Assembly (NCBI GenBank): GCA_964016885.1
Contig: OZ024743.1
Span: forward strand, 189,658,001 to 189,722,000
Reading direction: 5' to 3'
DNA from: Eledone cirrhosa
Taxonomy: Eukaryota
DNA: 64,000 nt
Shown: positions 25,621 through 37,965 of the stretch, in pieces
How positions within the stretch are numbered: position 1 is the stretch's first letter
How the letters are laid out: each line of letters starts with the position of its first letter
Made by a program: the position numbers and the translations under genes
Notes under the pieces: model-generated
The model's database searches: none
Seen by the model: the letters and a program-made list of their open reading frames with translations, nothing else
Told to the model about the DNA's origin: nothing

Positions 25621-27584
25621 ATATATATATATAAACATCATTTTTATAGTCTCTTTCCATGCTTGCATGGTTAAGACAAGTTATTTCCAATACAGCTTCC
25701 CATTTTTGTTAATTTATAGCACCCTGAGGTTGGCATTCACCACCTCTGCTAATGAATATGTATGTATGTATGTATGAATGGATATATAAGAGTGTATGTA
25801 AACAGTAAATACTTGAAAATTCTTTAAGAGTAATTGGTGAAAAGCGTAAATTAAGTACTGTATTAGTGTCAGACACTATTAGAAATACAATTTCTTCGGC
25901 ACAAACAATATATATACATCTAGTTTCCCTTTTAGCTACATCTGTTTATCTTGGTGACAGAGATGGTTGTTAAGCTCTAAAGAAGGCTATCTTTTGAACT
26001 GTCACTCCCATCATTTTTCAACAAGGTGATAATCAAATTAGTGAATACCATTTGAAGTAAGTATTTAATTAAATCTCTTGTCATTTGCAGTCTCCTTCTC
26101 CACCCACTCAACTTTCGCCACAAACAATGTTGTGTTCAAAGGAGCCTTCTCATTTTCTATTTATACATGCCAATGTTTTCAGAAAATCATACTATCTATA
26201 TAGATTTGTATCTGTCTATCCTTCTATTTGTTTTTCTGTCTCTCTAAGTCTATCTATCAGTTTGTCACTCCATTTGTCTGTCTGTGTGTATATGTCTATC
26301 CCTCTATTTGTTTGTCTCTCTGTCTATCTATCTGTTTGTCACTCTAGTTGTCTGCCTGTGTGTATATCAGTTTATCTGTCTAGCACAACTAATCTAGCCA
26401 CATATTTGTCTCTCTCTGTCTCATCTTTATCATAATATGTTAATGTTTCAGTACCTATCTTCTTAAGATAGCTAATTGTTGAAGTCATTAGAGTATCAGA
26501 TAGAATGTTTTGTAGTATCTGTTCCAGCTCTTTGCATTGAGCACAAATTCAACCAAGTTCAGTTATATCTTTCATCCTTTTGGAATAGATAAAATAATAT
26601 ACCAATACAGTATTGGGATCAATTCTACTTTTTCTCTCTCTAGTTAGGGACCTAAAGCAAGACAATCTATCTTCCTGTAATAAATCTATGCGTATATAGG
26701 TTTTAACAAATATACATAGCAATAAATTCATGTAACAATTTATCTACCAATCGGTTTATCTATCAATCTACCTTCCTTACAGTCTGCTTGTCTTTCTGTC
26801 TACATCTGTGGCAGTCTGTTTGCTTGTCTGTCGGTCTATTCACCCAAACACCCAACTAACCAAACCACCAACTAACCAAAGAACCAAACCAGCAGCCAGT
26901 CAATCAAATCTATCAACCACTCACCTGTGTGCAGGCTGGGATATAATTTGTATTTTTCTTCTCTGATTTGAAGAAAACATATTTCACTTGATAAAGAAAT
27001 ATTCTGTCATAGTTGTTTAACAATTCCAGTAAATAAATACAATCTCCTTCAAAAGCATCATCGTTTTTACATCAATGTTTCCACGCTGGCAGGGGTCAGA
27101 TGGGACATTTTGAGGCAATGTTTTACAGCGCTAATGCCCTTTCTAATTTTAATCCTTTCAATCACTTCTTACAACATACAGAGATGGGATGTATCTATTC
27201 TAAACCAGATATACACAGTAGGGGGTACACATGGCCATATCTGGATATGCACACATGTATAATATTACAATTCTCTTTTGTCTAAGTCTGTATAAATGTA
27301 CAAGTGAAATTATCAAAATAGATATGGTATTGAACTGACATTTCAAATGTTTGGCGTTCAAATCTTCTAAAAGCATTTAACTGTGTATTTGTAAGTCTTA
27401 CATGCCTCAGTACAACTAGCTATCTGCTGACAGTTCATCTGAAAATGTTACTTGAGATGGACTGGCATCTCATTCAGAGGAAGATGTGGCTTATATCTGC
27501 CTAACACAATTAAACCAAAAATAAGCACCTACCTTTAAAAATCACTGGTCTTAGGAGACATTTGTATATCATACATTCCCTATC

Positions 27585-27975
27585 AGTAAAGTTGCTGTTG
27601 ATAGGATGAACATCCAACCATAGAAAGCTTGCCTAACAAAGGGTTGAAAAGACCATTTAGTTGTCAAGGACATAACTTCCTTTGTACTGGTTATCTACAC
27701 AATAAAAGGACCCAGTATATTCTGTAAAGTGGTTGGTGTTAGGAAGAGCATCCATCCATAGAAAGCTTGCCAAAAAGGGTTGAGTAGGCCCTTCAATTGT
27801 TTCAAGGATATATCAACCTCCCTAGTGTTGTTGATCTATATGATAAAAGCACCCAGTACACACTGTAATGTAGTTAGTGTTAGAAAGGGCATACAACCAT
27901 AGAAAGCTTGCCAAACAAAGGGTTGGGAGTACCCTTCAGTTTGTGCCAAAAGACATGGCAACTTCACCTCTGTAC
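27585..27975 (+). repeat. Tandem array (about 3 x ~140 bp) of an RTE 3'-UTR-like module
   Basis: TAGAAAGCTTGCC recurs at 27621, 27759 and 27900, each preceded by a GTGGTTGGTGTTAGGAAGGGCATCC-like segment. Confidence 0.8.
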
Positions 27976-28334
27976 TCTTTAGATCATATGAACGTACATA
28001 AGTGAGATGCAAATGCCATTCGCCTGTCTGGGGGGTCAGTACTGACTTGGTCTATGTAGACTTGTCCAACCCTTGCTTAATCTTTAGTACGTTTTTAATG
28101 AATTACTTGCCTTGCATTATGTATTAAGGAGAGATTACTCTATTGTCGCAATTTGTTGCCGACAGCTCGTTAAATTATTTTTAGTAAAATAGTAAATACT
28201 TCATCTTTAATTTCAAAATCATCCTTTATTTTCAATTTTCAAATATTATTTTGGCTAAAAGTTTCATATTATCTTGTGCACAAAATTGTTCAAATAGGTT
28301 AAATATATGAAGCAAAGAAGCAAGCAGGTCTGCT

Positions 28335-29360
28335 GAAACAATGACAACAAAAGGGACAGCAACAACATGATCAGTAGCAGTAATAAAAACAAGAGGAGCA
28401 ACAACAACAATAGTAGTAGCAGATGCAGTAACAGCAACAATATCAACAGTATTAAAAATCTAATCTAATCTAATCTGGCCAAATTTACACTCGCAAATAA
28501 GAAGAACCAGGGCTGCCCCTAGGAGCATTGGATTTGGTGTACTTCATATTTGTTTCGGTTGCTGAATACAATCAGGGGTCGCTGCTTATCCTGAAGGTCA
28601 ATAGTTCTCTTCTCATTTCTACAGCTGAGTAAACTGGAGCAACGTGAAATAAAGTGTCTTGCTCAAGGACACAAAACATCATCCGGTCCGAGAATCGAAC
28701 TCACAACCCAATGCTCTATCCACTAAGCCATGTGCCTTCACTATTAATAAGAACAGCCACAACTATAACAAAAGTATTAACAGCAGCAGTACCGATAGTT
28801 ACATCTGTATATTTAACATCAACAGTAATAGTAACAGTAGCAACAACACCAGTAGTAGCAACAATGATAATGGTTTCTGATTTAGACAGAAGGCCACTGA
28901 TACTTTATTTTATCGACCCCGTAAGGATGAATGGTAAAGCTAACCCCGGTGGGATTTGAACTCAGGACGTAAAGGCACGTAACGATATGCCAGATACCAT
29001 GTTGTCCGATGGTCTACCTATACAACCAAAACATCATCAACAACAATAATAGCAGTAGTTATAGCAACAATAACAGTAACAGCACCACTACAGTAACAAT
29101 CATAACAGCAATAGCAACAACGGTATCAGTAATAGCAATTACAGCAGCAACAGCAACAGAATTGCAAAAAAAAACAGCCGTAATAGCAACAACAACAACA
29201 GTAATAACAGTAACAATAGCAACAACAGCAATAATATACAACAACAGTAGCAACAGCAACAAAAACAACAGCATTAGCAACAATAACAGCAACAGTAACA
29301 ATATACAACAACATTAGCATTAATAACAGCAACGAAATTCGTGAAAATACTAACAATAAA
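28335..29360. repeat. (CAA/CAG/TAA)n low-complexity tract with embedded SINE fragments (28610-28740 and 28872-29010, minus strand)
   Basis: Trinucleotide repeats visible directly; the SINE motifs match the other copies. Confidence 0.85.
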
Positions 29361-30756
29361 AATAAATAGCTAAATGAAAAAAAGCTGTCTTTAACAATTC
29401 ATCATTTGTTAGGGTTATCATTCCCACATATTACTCCTCCTTAGATAATTCTGTAGCCTCTATTAAATTCCAATTAACTGGTGCCATCCATTTAGTAAGT
29501 GTTTCTATCACAGTGATGTGCAAACAAACTGAACGAATATTTTAGTTCTTCACAAAGAAACAACATCTATTCAACTTACTTACTCCCAAGACACGTAGAA
29601 CTTCTATTCTTTTGCATTTAGCTATCTTTGAAGAATAAGTGATGTAGTGTGGTGAGTGAAACTCAGCTTTAATGGGGGAAAAGAAAAATTGCCTAGATGC
29701 TTATAGGGAATCAATATATATATATATATATATATTGTACAAATCTATGGCTTCATTTATGACATCTGTATTGGCACAATGAACACTTTTTCTATAGCAC
29801 AATTAGCATTAATCATCATCAGCGTCATTGTTGTGTTCTAGTCATCAACATTGCCATCACCACACCCACCACCAGCACCACCATCAACATAATTTTGCAT
29901 GTGCTGCTTTTCCATGCTGCCATATTTTATACAAGTTGTTGCAGTTGTGCGAAATTGTATTTTATATTTATTGCACATAATTGGATTTTTGGCATGGTTT
30001 CTATGTATGGATGCCTGAAATAATGCTAACAGAGTGTATGCTTGGCACCAACAATAGCGAGCTCGTCTTCTCCCTAGTAAGACTAAATAATATGTTGTAT
30101 GCTACAGTAGACTAGACAAAGTCCTCTTCTTCTATATGTTGTTTCCGTTCATTTGTTCTTTTCTTTTCTACATTATTGAGTAGGAAGGAAGTAAAGGAGA
30201 GAGTGATACAGTAATAGGAATAGAAAAAGGAATGAGATTTTGATCAAAAAGAGAGTAATGGAAGAGTGAGAGAGAGAAAGAGAGATAGAAATTAAAAGGG
30301 GGAGAGTGAGTGATAGTGACAGATAGCTACATGATGGTTGTTAGTAAGGGCTTGCATAGAAGTAATCCTCTTCTTTTAATTCTTTCATTCCTATCAGTCT
30401 GGTATAACTGAATATTTAATTAAAATTTACTTAGTAAATACGATCCTGCTTACAATGAGTCTTAAAAAAAAAAAATCAAACAAATCTTTTATGTCTTAAA
30501 TAAGGAAAGCAAACAAGAATATAATTGTTTCTACGTTTGGCACAAGGCCAGCAATTATCCGGTGCATTACTGGTACTTTATTTTATCGACCCCGTAAGGA
30601 TGAAAGGCAAAGTTTCAGAAAACGTCTAGATAGCCATGGCTTAAGTCTTTGATAGTAGGTCCACTCATTTAAGGTTGAATCAGACCTAAACAACAGCAAG
30701 GGGCCTTTATATCAAGGTTACTCAACCTGGATGATATCACCAAACAGTTAATTTAA

Positions 30757-30977
30757 CCCTTTAGCATTTAAATCGGCCATATCCGACCAGAATTTTCTCA
30801 ACTTTTTCTGTTTAAACCAGCCAAAACTGGCTGCTCCTACTGATATTAAGGTATTGTTCTCAAAATAAATATCATAAAAATCTCAAAGATTCGATATTAT
30901 ATCAGATAATTATGTGAGGTAAAGCCTTTTCCACAAAAATACAATAGTATATATTGATTAATGTAAATTCTAAAGGG
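30757..30977. mobile_element. piggyBac-type MITE (221 bp)
   Basis: TTAA on both sides (30753-30756 and 30978-30981). TIR CCCTTTAGCATTTAAAT / ATGTAAATTCTAAAGGG, 15/17 match. Confidence 0.85.
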
Positions 30978-31599
30978 TTAAACTTTTGAGCAGGTAATGA
31001 GCAACTGAACAGAAAATGGTGGGCAATTGGAAATTTTGGTGAACGTTTTGAGTATTAAAAAGATATTTCAACACATGCTACCTGAATAAAATATTCGAAG
31101 GAGATATGTAAAGAACCCGTATAAAAAAAACACAGAAGGCTAAATAGAAATACCTGGAGCACATTGCTAGATAAGACATATACAAGGAACATTTGAAATT
31201 TTCTATTGCTTTGAAAAAGGTCATTAACATTCAAATAGTTTTTCGGACGAAATAACATTTTTTCCAATATAAATCACATAAGGGAAGACCAAGAACTACT
31301 TTGACAGTAAAATTAAGAAGTGACCTCAAGATAAACTCACCAACGTCGCCACATAAATTTGACACAGGTGATGATTTCTAAAACACTGACGACAGGTCAT
31401 ATACAAAATGGCGCAGATGATAATGCCACACAAAATATGAACTCGATGCGCATGCTCATATAAACAAACAGTCGCTTGAAGTTGTTGGATTACAACGTTC
31501 TTATATTTGTGGGTTATTAAAAATGAACTTCAAGTAACAATATAACTTGGTGAACGAAAAGTTTGTTATCTGTAGTTCCTACTATTTTTTAAACACCCC

Positions 31600-32720
31600 A
31601 CTGACTCCATTTAAGAAAATGTGTCATCAATACAGCATTGATTATTTATCTAATGGGTTTATCACTTTTCATGCAACCAAACATTAAGCAACGAAGCCAT
31701 AAAGCCTTCATGCTTAAAGTATAATTTACATTCTAAGCATGTTAATCAAAAGGGAAAACCTTTGTCATATATCTTAACTTAATATCTCATTCGAAAAGCA
31801 GAAAACGTTGATCTCAGAATTTCAGAAAGCAACTACGCAGCAAAATAACGGGATGTTTGCGTCGTGCAAAATTACATTACTGTTCACAAATGCCTGAAAG
31901 CTGCACACTATAGGAGAAGAATTATTCCATCCTGTTATTAAATTTCTTTTGGCTGTAATGCATAAAAAGTCTGACATTATTATAAAGACAACTCCACCTA
32001 GTAATAAAACAATTTCTTGGCATATAGATGAAATGCGCACCAACTTCAAACATAAGCTCATCTATAATCTCCTGCATTCTGAATTCTCCAAACAAGTTGA
32101 CGAATCAACACTTGTGGGAAGTCGGTGGTGGTGGTGTACGTTCGTTTTTTTTTTAATGGAAATATTCAAACTTATGACAAGATAAATTGTTGCTTGACTC
32201 CAAAGGTACGTCTAATTTAGCTTTATTGAAGCTATTTTGTAATGAGCATAACATTCTATTGAACAATATTGTTGCTTGTGTAACTGATGGAGGTTTCTTT
32301 TCTCCCTTAAAACAAGAACTTTTACCGTCTATTGTAACAGTTCACTGTGTGGCATACAGGCAGTATTTCGTGACAAAAAATATTACTTATTGAAATTGTG
32401 AACAAGCTAAAATTGCATTTTTTGTATGAACGAATTTTCTCTCAACTGTACATTGATAATGACTATGTAAGGCTTTTGTGCGATACTGAAGCATGATAGT
32501 TGTTCGTTTTGTCGAATTGATCAAAACACTCCACCTCTCTGATAGATTCAAAGTGTAATAGTTTTTCCTTGGCGACATATTTGGCAAACTAAATTATCTC
32601 TGTTATTGCAAGGAAAGCCAAAAATGTTTGTTGACGGCAAATTGTCCATCACTATAAACTGTCCATTCTTAGTGGCATATTCGCTAAGCCAAACCATGAC
32701 TATCTCGAACTATCTAGATG
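31600..32720 (+). pseudogene. Old hAT Buster/Charlie-type (ZBED5/SCAND3-like) transposase relic
   Basis: Fragments QYSIDYLSNGF, LSNEAIKPS..HSKH, HTIGEEL, SNKTISWHIDEM, FSKQVDEST, ACVTDG and VHCVAYRQ occur in the correct order. Confidence 0.8.
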
Positions 32721-34089
32721 TGTTTTCTTGGAGTTCTGCTAGAGCCAGCAGCAACACACACAACAGCGTGTTGCTATCGACAAAAGAAAAGATGAAACGA
32801 ATTATAGATATGTACATATGTATCTAAATATCGATAATATTATTTACATATGTTTCATTGTGTTTAATGTAAAATATGTTTATTAGTGCATATACTGATT
32901 TGTGACAACGTTTACATAATTGTTGTGGCACGTGTTTGAAGAAAAACAAAAACATGAAGCCAATAAATTAGAACCTTTACCAAATACTAAAGCAAAAATC
33001 ATCTATACACTACAAAAACTCTGTGATTGTGTACTTGTCTGTAATTTAATGCAGTCAAAACAGCGCACAATGGGGAAATATTTGAAAGGAAGTTGCCCCT
33101 GAAATGTGAATACAAATGGAATAAAACAACTTTCGCGTAAATCAGAACACGGGTTACCGAGATATGGGTTTTTTCCAGGTATCTTCATAAATAGAGAGAG
33201 AAAGAGATAGTGGTTGTGAGAGAGAAGGGGGCTTTTCAATTTCATTTTACATTATATACATGTCTGTGTATATTTTGATAACTTAAAAATAATTTTTAAG
33301 TGAACAGGATTATATGAATATGTATATAAAGTAAACACACACGAGCATATATATATATATATATATATATAAGTAAACGCACGAGCATATATATATATAT
33401 ATAGTAATAATAATAGATGCAAAAACTAAAATCCAAAGAGGGTCCGATAAGGATAAATATATATCAAATATATAAGAACCCTAGAGCAAATATGGCGATA
33501 CCTGGTTTTAGTGTCCTAAATTATCATCATCGACATTCAATTATTAGCTCCACCCACTACACGATACGTCATCAGCTGCTGTTGCTTTATTTTTACATGC
33601 TTCATTTTTACACGAAAAAACACTGAATTTTAAGATAAATATTTATTAAAGTATTAACAGGGAAAATTAGATTTTTGATTTATTTTTTGAACAAAATAAA
33701 TATTTATTTAAAGTTTTTAACAGAAAAAATATTTCTTTAAACAATATATTGGTGCGATATGCAGTATTTCTTTTTTAACAGTTACAATGACGAGTGTTCC
33801 AATTGATATTATCAATAGTGAAATTAACGTGTAAGTGGCTGAGTATTCGACAGACATGCATACCCTTTACGCAGTTCTCAGGGAGATTCAGTGCTATACA
33901 GTGTGTGGCAATGTTGGTCCTTCGAATTACACGCACAACTAATTTTTGCCAAGAACACACTGCGCTGTCGGGAATCGAATTCATGACCTTACGATTGTGA
34001 TCCGAATACTCAACGCACGCAAGCACGCACGCGCACACTGTGAAACCCAATATTAAAACAATTTTGTTTCCATCTTACAAATATGTTTT

Positions 34090-35420
34090 CACTCTCTCTC
34101 AAAATATTACCCCTCTTTATATACCAATACATGCCTCACTCTCTCTCATACAATTCCCTCTCTCATTGAACCCCAAAATTCTCTCCGTCTCTCTATATCC
34201 TACTACGTACCTCACTTTCTCTCACTTTCACAATTCCCTCTCTCTTATTAAAACACTAAACCATTTTACCCCTCACTATATCCCACTACATTCTTCACTC
34301 TCTATCGCTTTCACAATTACCCCTCTCTCACTATACCACCGAACTCTCCGCCCATCACTATATCCCACTACATACCTCACTCTCACAATTCACCCTCTCT
34401 CACTAAACTAACAGATTCTCTCACGCTCTCTATATCCCACTACATACCCCACTCTCTCTCACCAAATTCTTTCCCCTCTCTATATTCAATTACGTGCATC
34501 ACTCACTTCCCCTCTCTTAATTTCCCCTCTCTCACTAGGCCAATATACTCACACCTCTCTAACCCACTCTCTCTCTCTCTTTCTCTCGCCCTCTTAATTT
34601 CCCCTCTCATTAAACCAACAAACTCCCTCACCCTATACCACTCACAATTCCTCTCTCTAACTAGACCATCAAACTCTCTCCCCCTCTCTATATTCAACTA
34701 CATAACTCACTCTTTCACTCTCTTAATTACCCCTCTCTAACTAAACCAACAAATACTATCCCGCCCTCTAGATGCCACTACATACCTCACTCTCGCTCAC
34801 CATTTCCTCTCTCTCTCTCTCACTAGACTACAAAATTCTCTCCACCTCTCTATATTCCACTACATACCTCACTCTCACAACACCCCCCCCCCTCTCTCAA
34901 TAGGTCAATAAGCTCTCATACCCGCTCTATAACCCACTTCATAACTCACACACTCTCACAATTCCTACTCTCACTAGACCAACAAATTATATTCCACTAC
35001 TTTCCATAAAGTCTGTCACTCTCTTAACCCCTCCACTCTCACTAGGCTAATAAACACTCTCCCCTCTCTATATCCCACAACATACCTCACTCTCACTCTC
35101 TCTCACGATTCCCTCTCTCTCTCATGATTCCCCCTCTCTCATTAGTCTACAAATCATCTCCACCTCATTCTCTTCCACTGCATACCTCATTCTCTTTCAC
35201 TCTCTTAATTCCCCCTCTCTCTCAAAACCAACAAATCCTCTCCCACTCTCTATATTTCGCTACATACCTCACACACTCTCTCTCAGTTCCCCTCTCTCAC
35301 TAGACCAACAAATGCTCTCGCCCTCTCTATGTTCCACTACATACCCCACTCTCTCTCTCACAATTCCCCCTCTCTCATTAGACCACCAAATTATCTCCCC
35401 TTCGCTATATCCCACTATAT
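34090..35420. repeat. Pyrimidine-rich minisatellite, ~75-80-bp unit, roughly 16-17 diverged copies
   Basis: Recurring CTCTATATCCCACTACATACCTCACTCTCTCTCACAATTCCCCTCTCTCACTAGACCAACAAATTCTCTCCC. Confidence 0.9.
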
Positions 35421-35848
35421 TTTTTACTTTGAAACAAAATTCTCCATCCCCTCCCCACCTTTTGAACCCATGGGGTGTGGGGGAGAACTTTCTTTTCTGG
35501 GGTTGATTTTGTTGAATTATTTGACAGGTTTTTTTAAATATGTGGTAGTGGGGGTGTTGGTGGTGTTAGTAGTAGTGTGGTGGTGATGGTAGTGGTGGTG
35601 TAGTGGGTAGTACTGTTGGTAGTGTGGTGTTGTTGTTGTTGGTGTGTATTTTGAATCTATCTATGTATATACTACTAAAACTCTGTAATTGTGTGTTTGT
35701 CGGTAATTTAATACAGCCAAAACAGTGCATAATTGGAAAATACTTTGAAAGGAATTTAATTGGAATAAACAAGTTTCACGTAAATCGGAGCACGGGTTCG
35801 TGAGAGAGAGAGTGGTTGTGAGAGAGTAGATTGAAAGAGGACATAGAA

Positions 35849-35897
<49 letters not shown>

Positions 35898-36500
35898 ATC
35901 ACATATGTATATGGGCCTTCTAATTTCATTTTACATTATATACATGTCTGTGTATATTTTAATTATTTAAAGCTGATTAAGTGATTGTCTATTTAATATG
36001 ATAAACCTCGCCTCAAATAACATATGCATTCACATATAACGAAGTATATATTGTATATGCATTATAAACGCACATAGGTTTTATTTACATTTGCATGGAA
36101 TTACCTCCTGCTGCAAGACCCAATACAAGATAAACCGAAATCTACATCAAAACAAAACATTACAGACAATCGTCTAAATAAATCGTAAATTACGTGGAAT
36201 TGAAACGAAATAACAAAAGGTAGAATCTTTCCCAAAATACCATCGATTACATCACCAAAAGTATATATACAGGTGCACATGGTAGACAATGTTTTCTCCG
36301 CTGGTGAGTTTCTCCAAAATTTTGATACATTTTTGTGAACATTAAAAAAAATTAATAGCAACCCTTACGTAAGAGAACGAGCTATCCATTGGAGAACTAT
36401 CCTCTACAAAACCACCCTGGAACGGGCCTTAACGCCTAACCCCCCCCCCCCCCCCAAAAAAAAACCCACGAAATTCATTAGGATTTTACCAAATTATAAA

Positions 36501-36597
36501 ATGGCGAAGGCCAATAGCCTAGCATCTTTGGTCAAAGGAGGCATTGGGGCTTCACTCAGAGAAGTTGTTTCAGCAGCCAGCTTGACAGCCGAAATAG
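36501..36597 (+). CDS. Candidate first coding exon of an unidentified gene (MAKANSLASLVKGGIGASLREVVSAASLTAEI)
   Basis: Non-repetitive, relatively GC-rich sequence; ATG in AAAATGGCG context; possible phase-1 donor AG|GT at 36597/36598 (weak, GTAGCA). No family recognised. Confidence 0.3.
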
Positions 36598-36922
36598 GTA
36601 GCAGTAACAACAATCACCATCATTTACAAGAGAAAGCCAGCAACAGTGGCAATAAAAACATATATATATATATATATATATATATGACCATCTGGGATTT
36701 GACTACTGTGATTTACCAATTAATTGGTGAAATATATTTTTTTATTTAAAGAAATATATACAAAGGAGATTAATCATTTTAAAAGGTATTTATATTTGAA
36801 GTTCTAGTTAAACTTTAATTAGTTACCTACCTAGCTATGTGTGGTTACACACTTTACAAATTATTCCCTGTGTTTGTTTCATATGTTTATTTTATATATA
36901 TATATCAATCTATTTCTAGTTG

Positions 36923-36976
<54 letters not shown>

Positions 36977-37132
36977 GTGTGTGTGTGTGTTTGTATATAT
37001 TTACAGCTCCCAGTCATTCCATGCTAGCAATCCCTTTACAATGTCGGCAACAACCCAGAAAATATCAACAACATGATGACACCAAAATACTATCACCCTT
37101 GTACCACTACAACACCGGGGATTTACTTAATC

Positions 37133-37137
37133 ATTTA

Positions 37138-37172
<35 letters not shown>

Positions 37173-37668
37173 GGCATACGTTAAGACGGGCGTTGCGGAA
37201 AGTGAAAGTAAATTTTTTGAAAACAATGGGAATTTGTTTGGTTTTTTTTTAAGTGAAAGTTACGATACACACGCAATTGTATGGATTTCTTAATATATAT
37301 ATATGTGTGTATATATATGTGTCTGTATGTATATATATATGTGTGTTTGTATATATATGTGTTTGTGTCATCATCATCGTTTAACGTCTATCTAAAGAAA
37401 AAATAATCACACACGCAATACTAATTAACACCATATCACTATAGAGACCTGTTGTAAATAAACAAATTCACAGTGTACACACATATATACACACATATAC
37501 ACACCCACACATATATATATATTAAGAAATCCATACAATTGCGTGTGTATCGTAACTTTCATTGTAAAAAAACAAAACAAACATATTCACATTGTTGTCA
37601 AAACATTTACTTTCACTTTCCGCAACGCCCGTCTTAACGTATGCCATATCTGCATATATATCTTAAAT
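37133..37668. repeat. Long inverted repeat (foldback/MITE-like), arms ~160 bp, spacer ~210 bp
   Basis: GCATACGTTAAGACGGGCGTTGCGGAAAGTGAAAGTAAA...GAAAGTTACGATACACACGCAATTGTATGGATTTCTTAAT (37174-37294) is mirrored at 37520-37645. Confidence 0.92.
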
Positions 37669-37965
37669 CTACATCACTGTCATCATCTTCACCTCTATCA
37701 TAGTATACACGTATTTATATGTCTGGAAGAAGAAACGCAGAGGACGAACCGAACTTAAAGATAATCAAAAGATGATGTCTCACTGGTGCTAAACGCAAAG
37801 AATTAGCCAGGATCAATTATACCATGCATATACACACACACAATTACATACATATTAATATATAATTATTCCTGTTGATAATTTCATTAATATCCCACAC
37901 ACACCTCGTAAAATTTACCTACGTGTAAACATACACAAACACGTATTATACATCTGTGTACATAA

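Noticed and set aside
28264-29356. Poly-L/N/T/C ORFs
   Set aside because: Trinucleotide microsatellite translations.
33490-33535. Minus-strand hammerhead-like remnant (GATGATGA...AAAACCAGGTATCG)
   Set aside because: The core lacks CUGA and GAAA and stem II does not pair; too degenerate to call.
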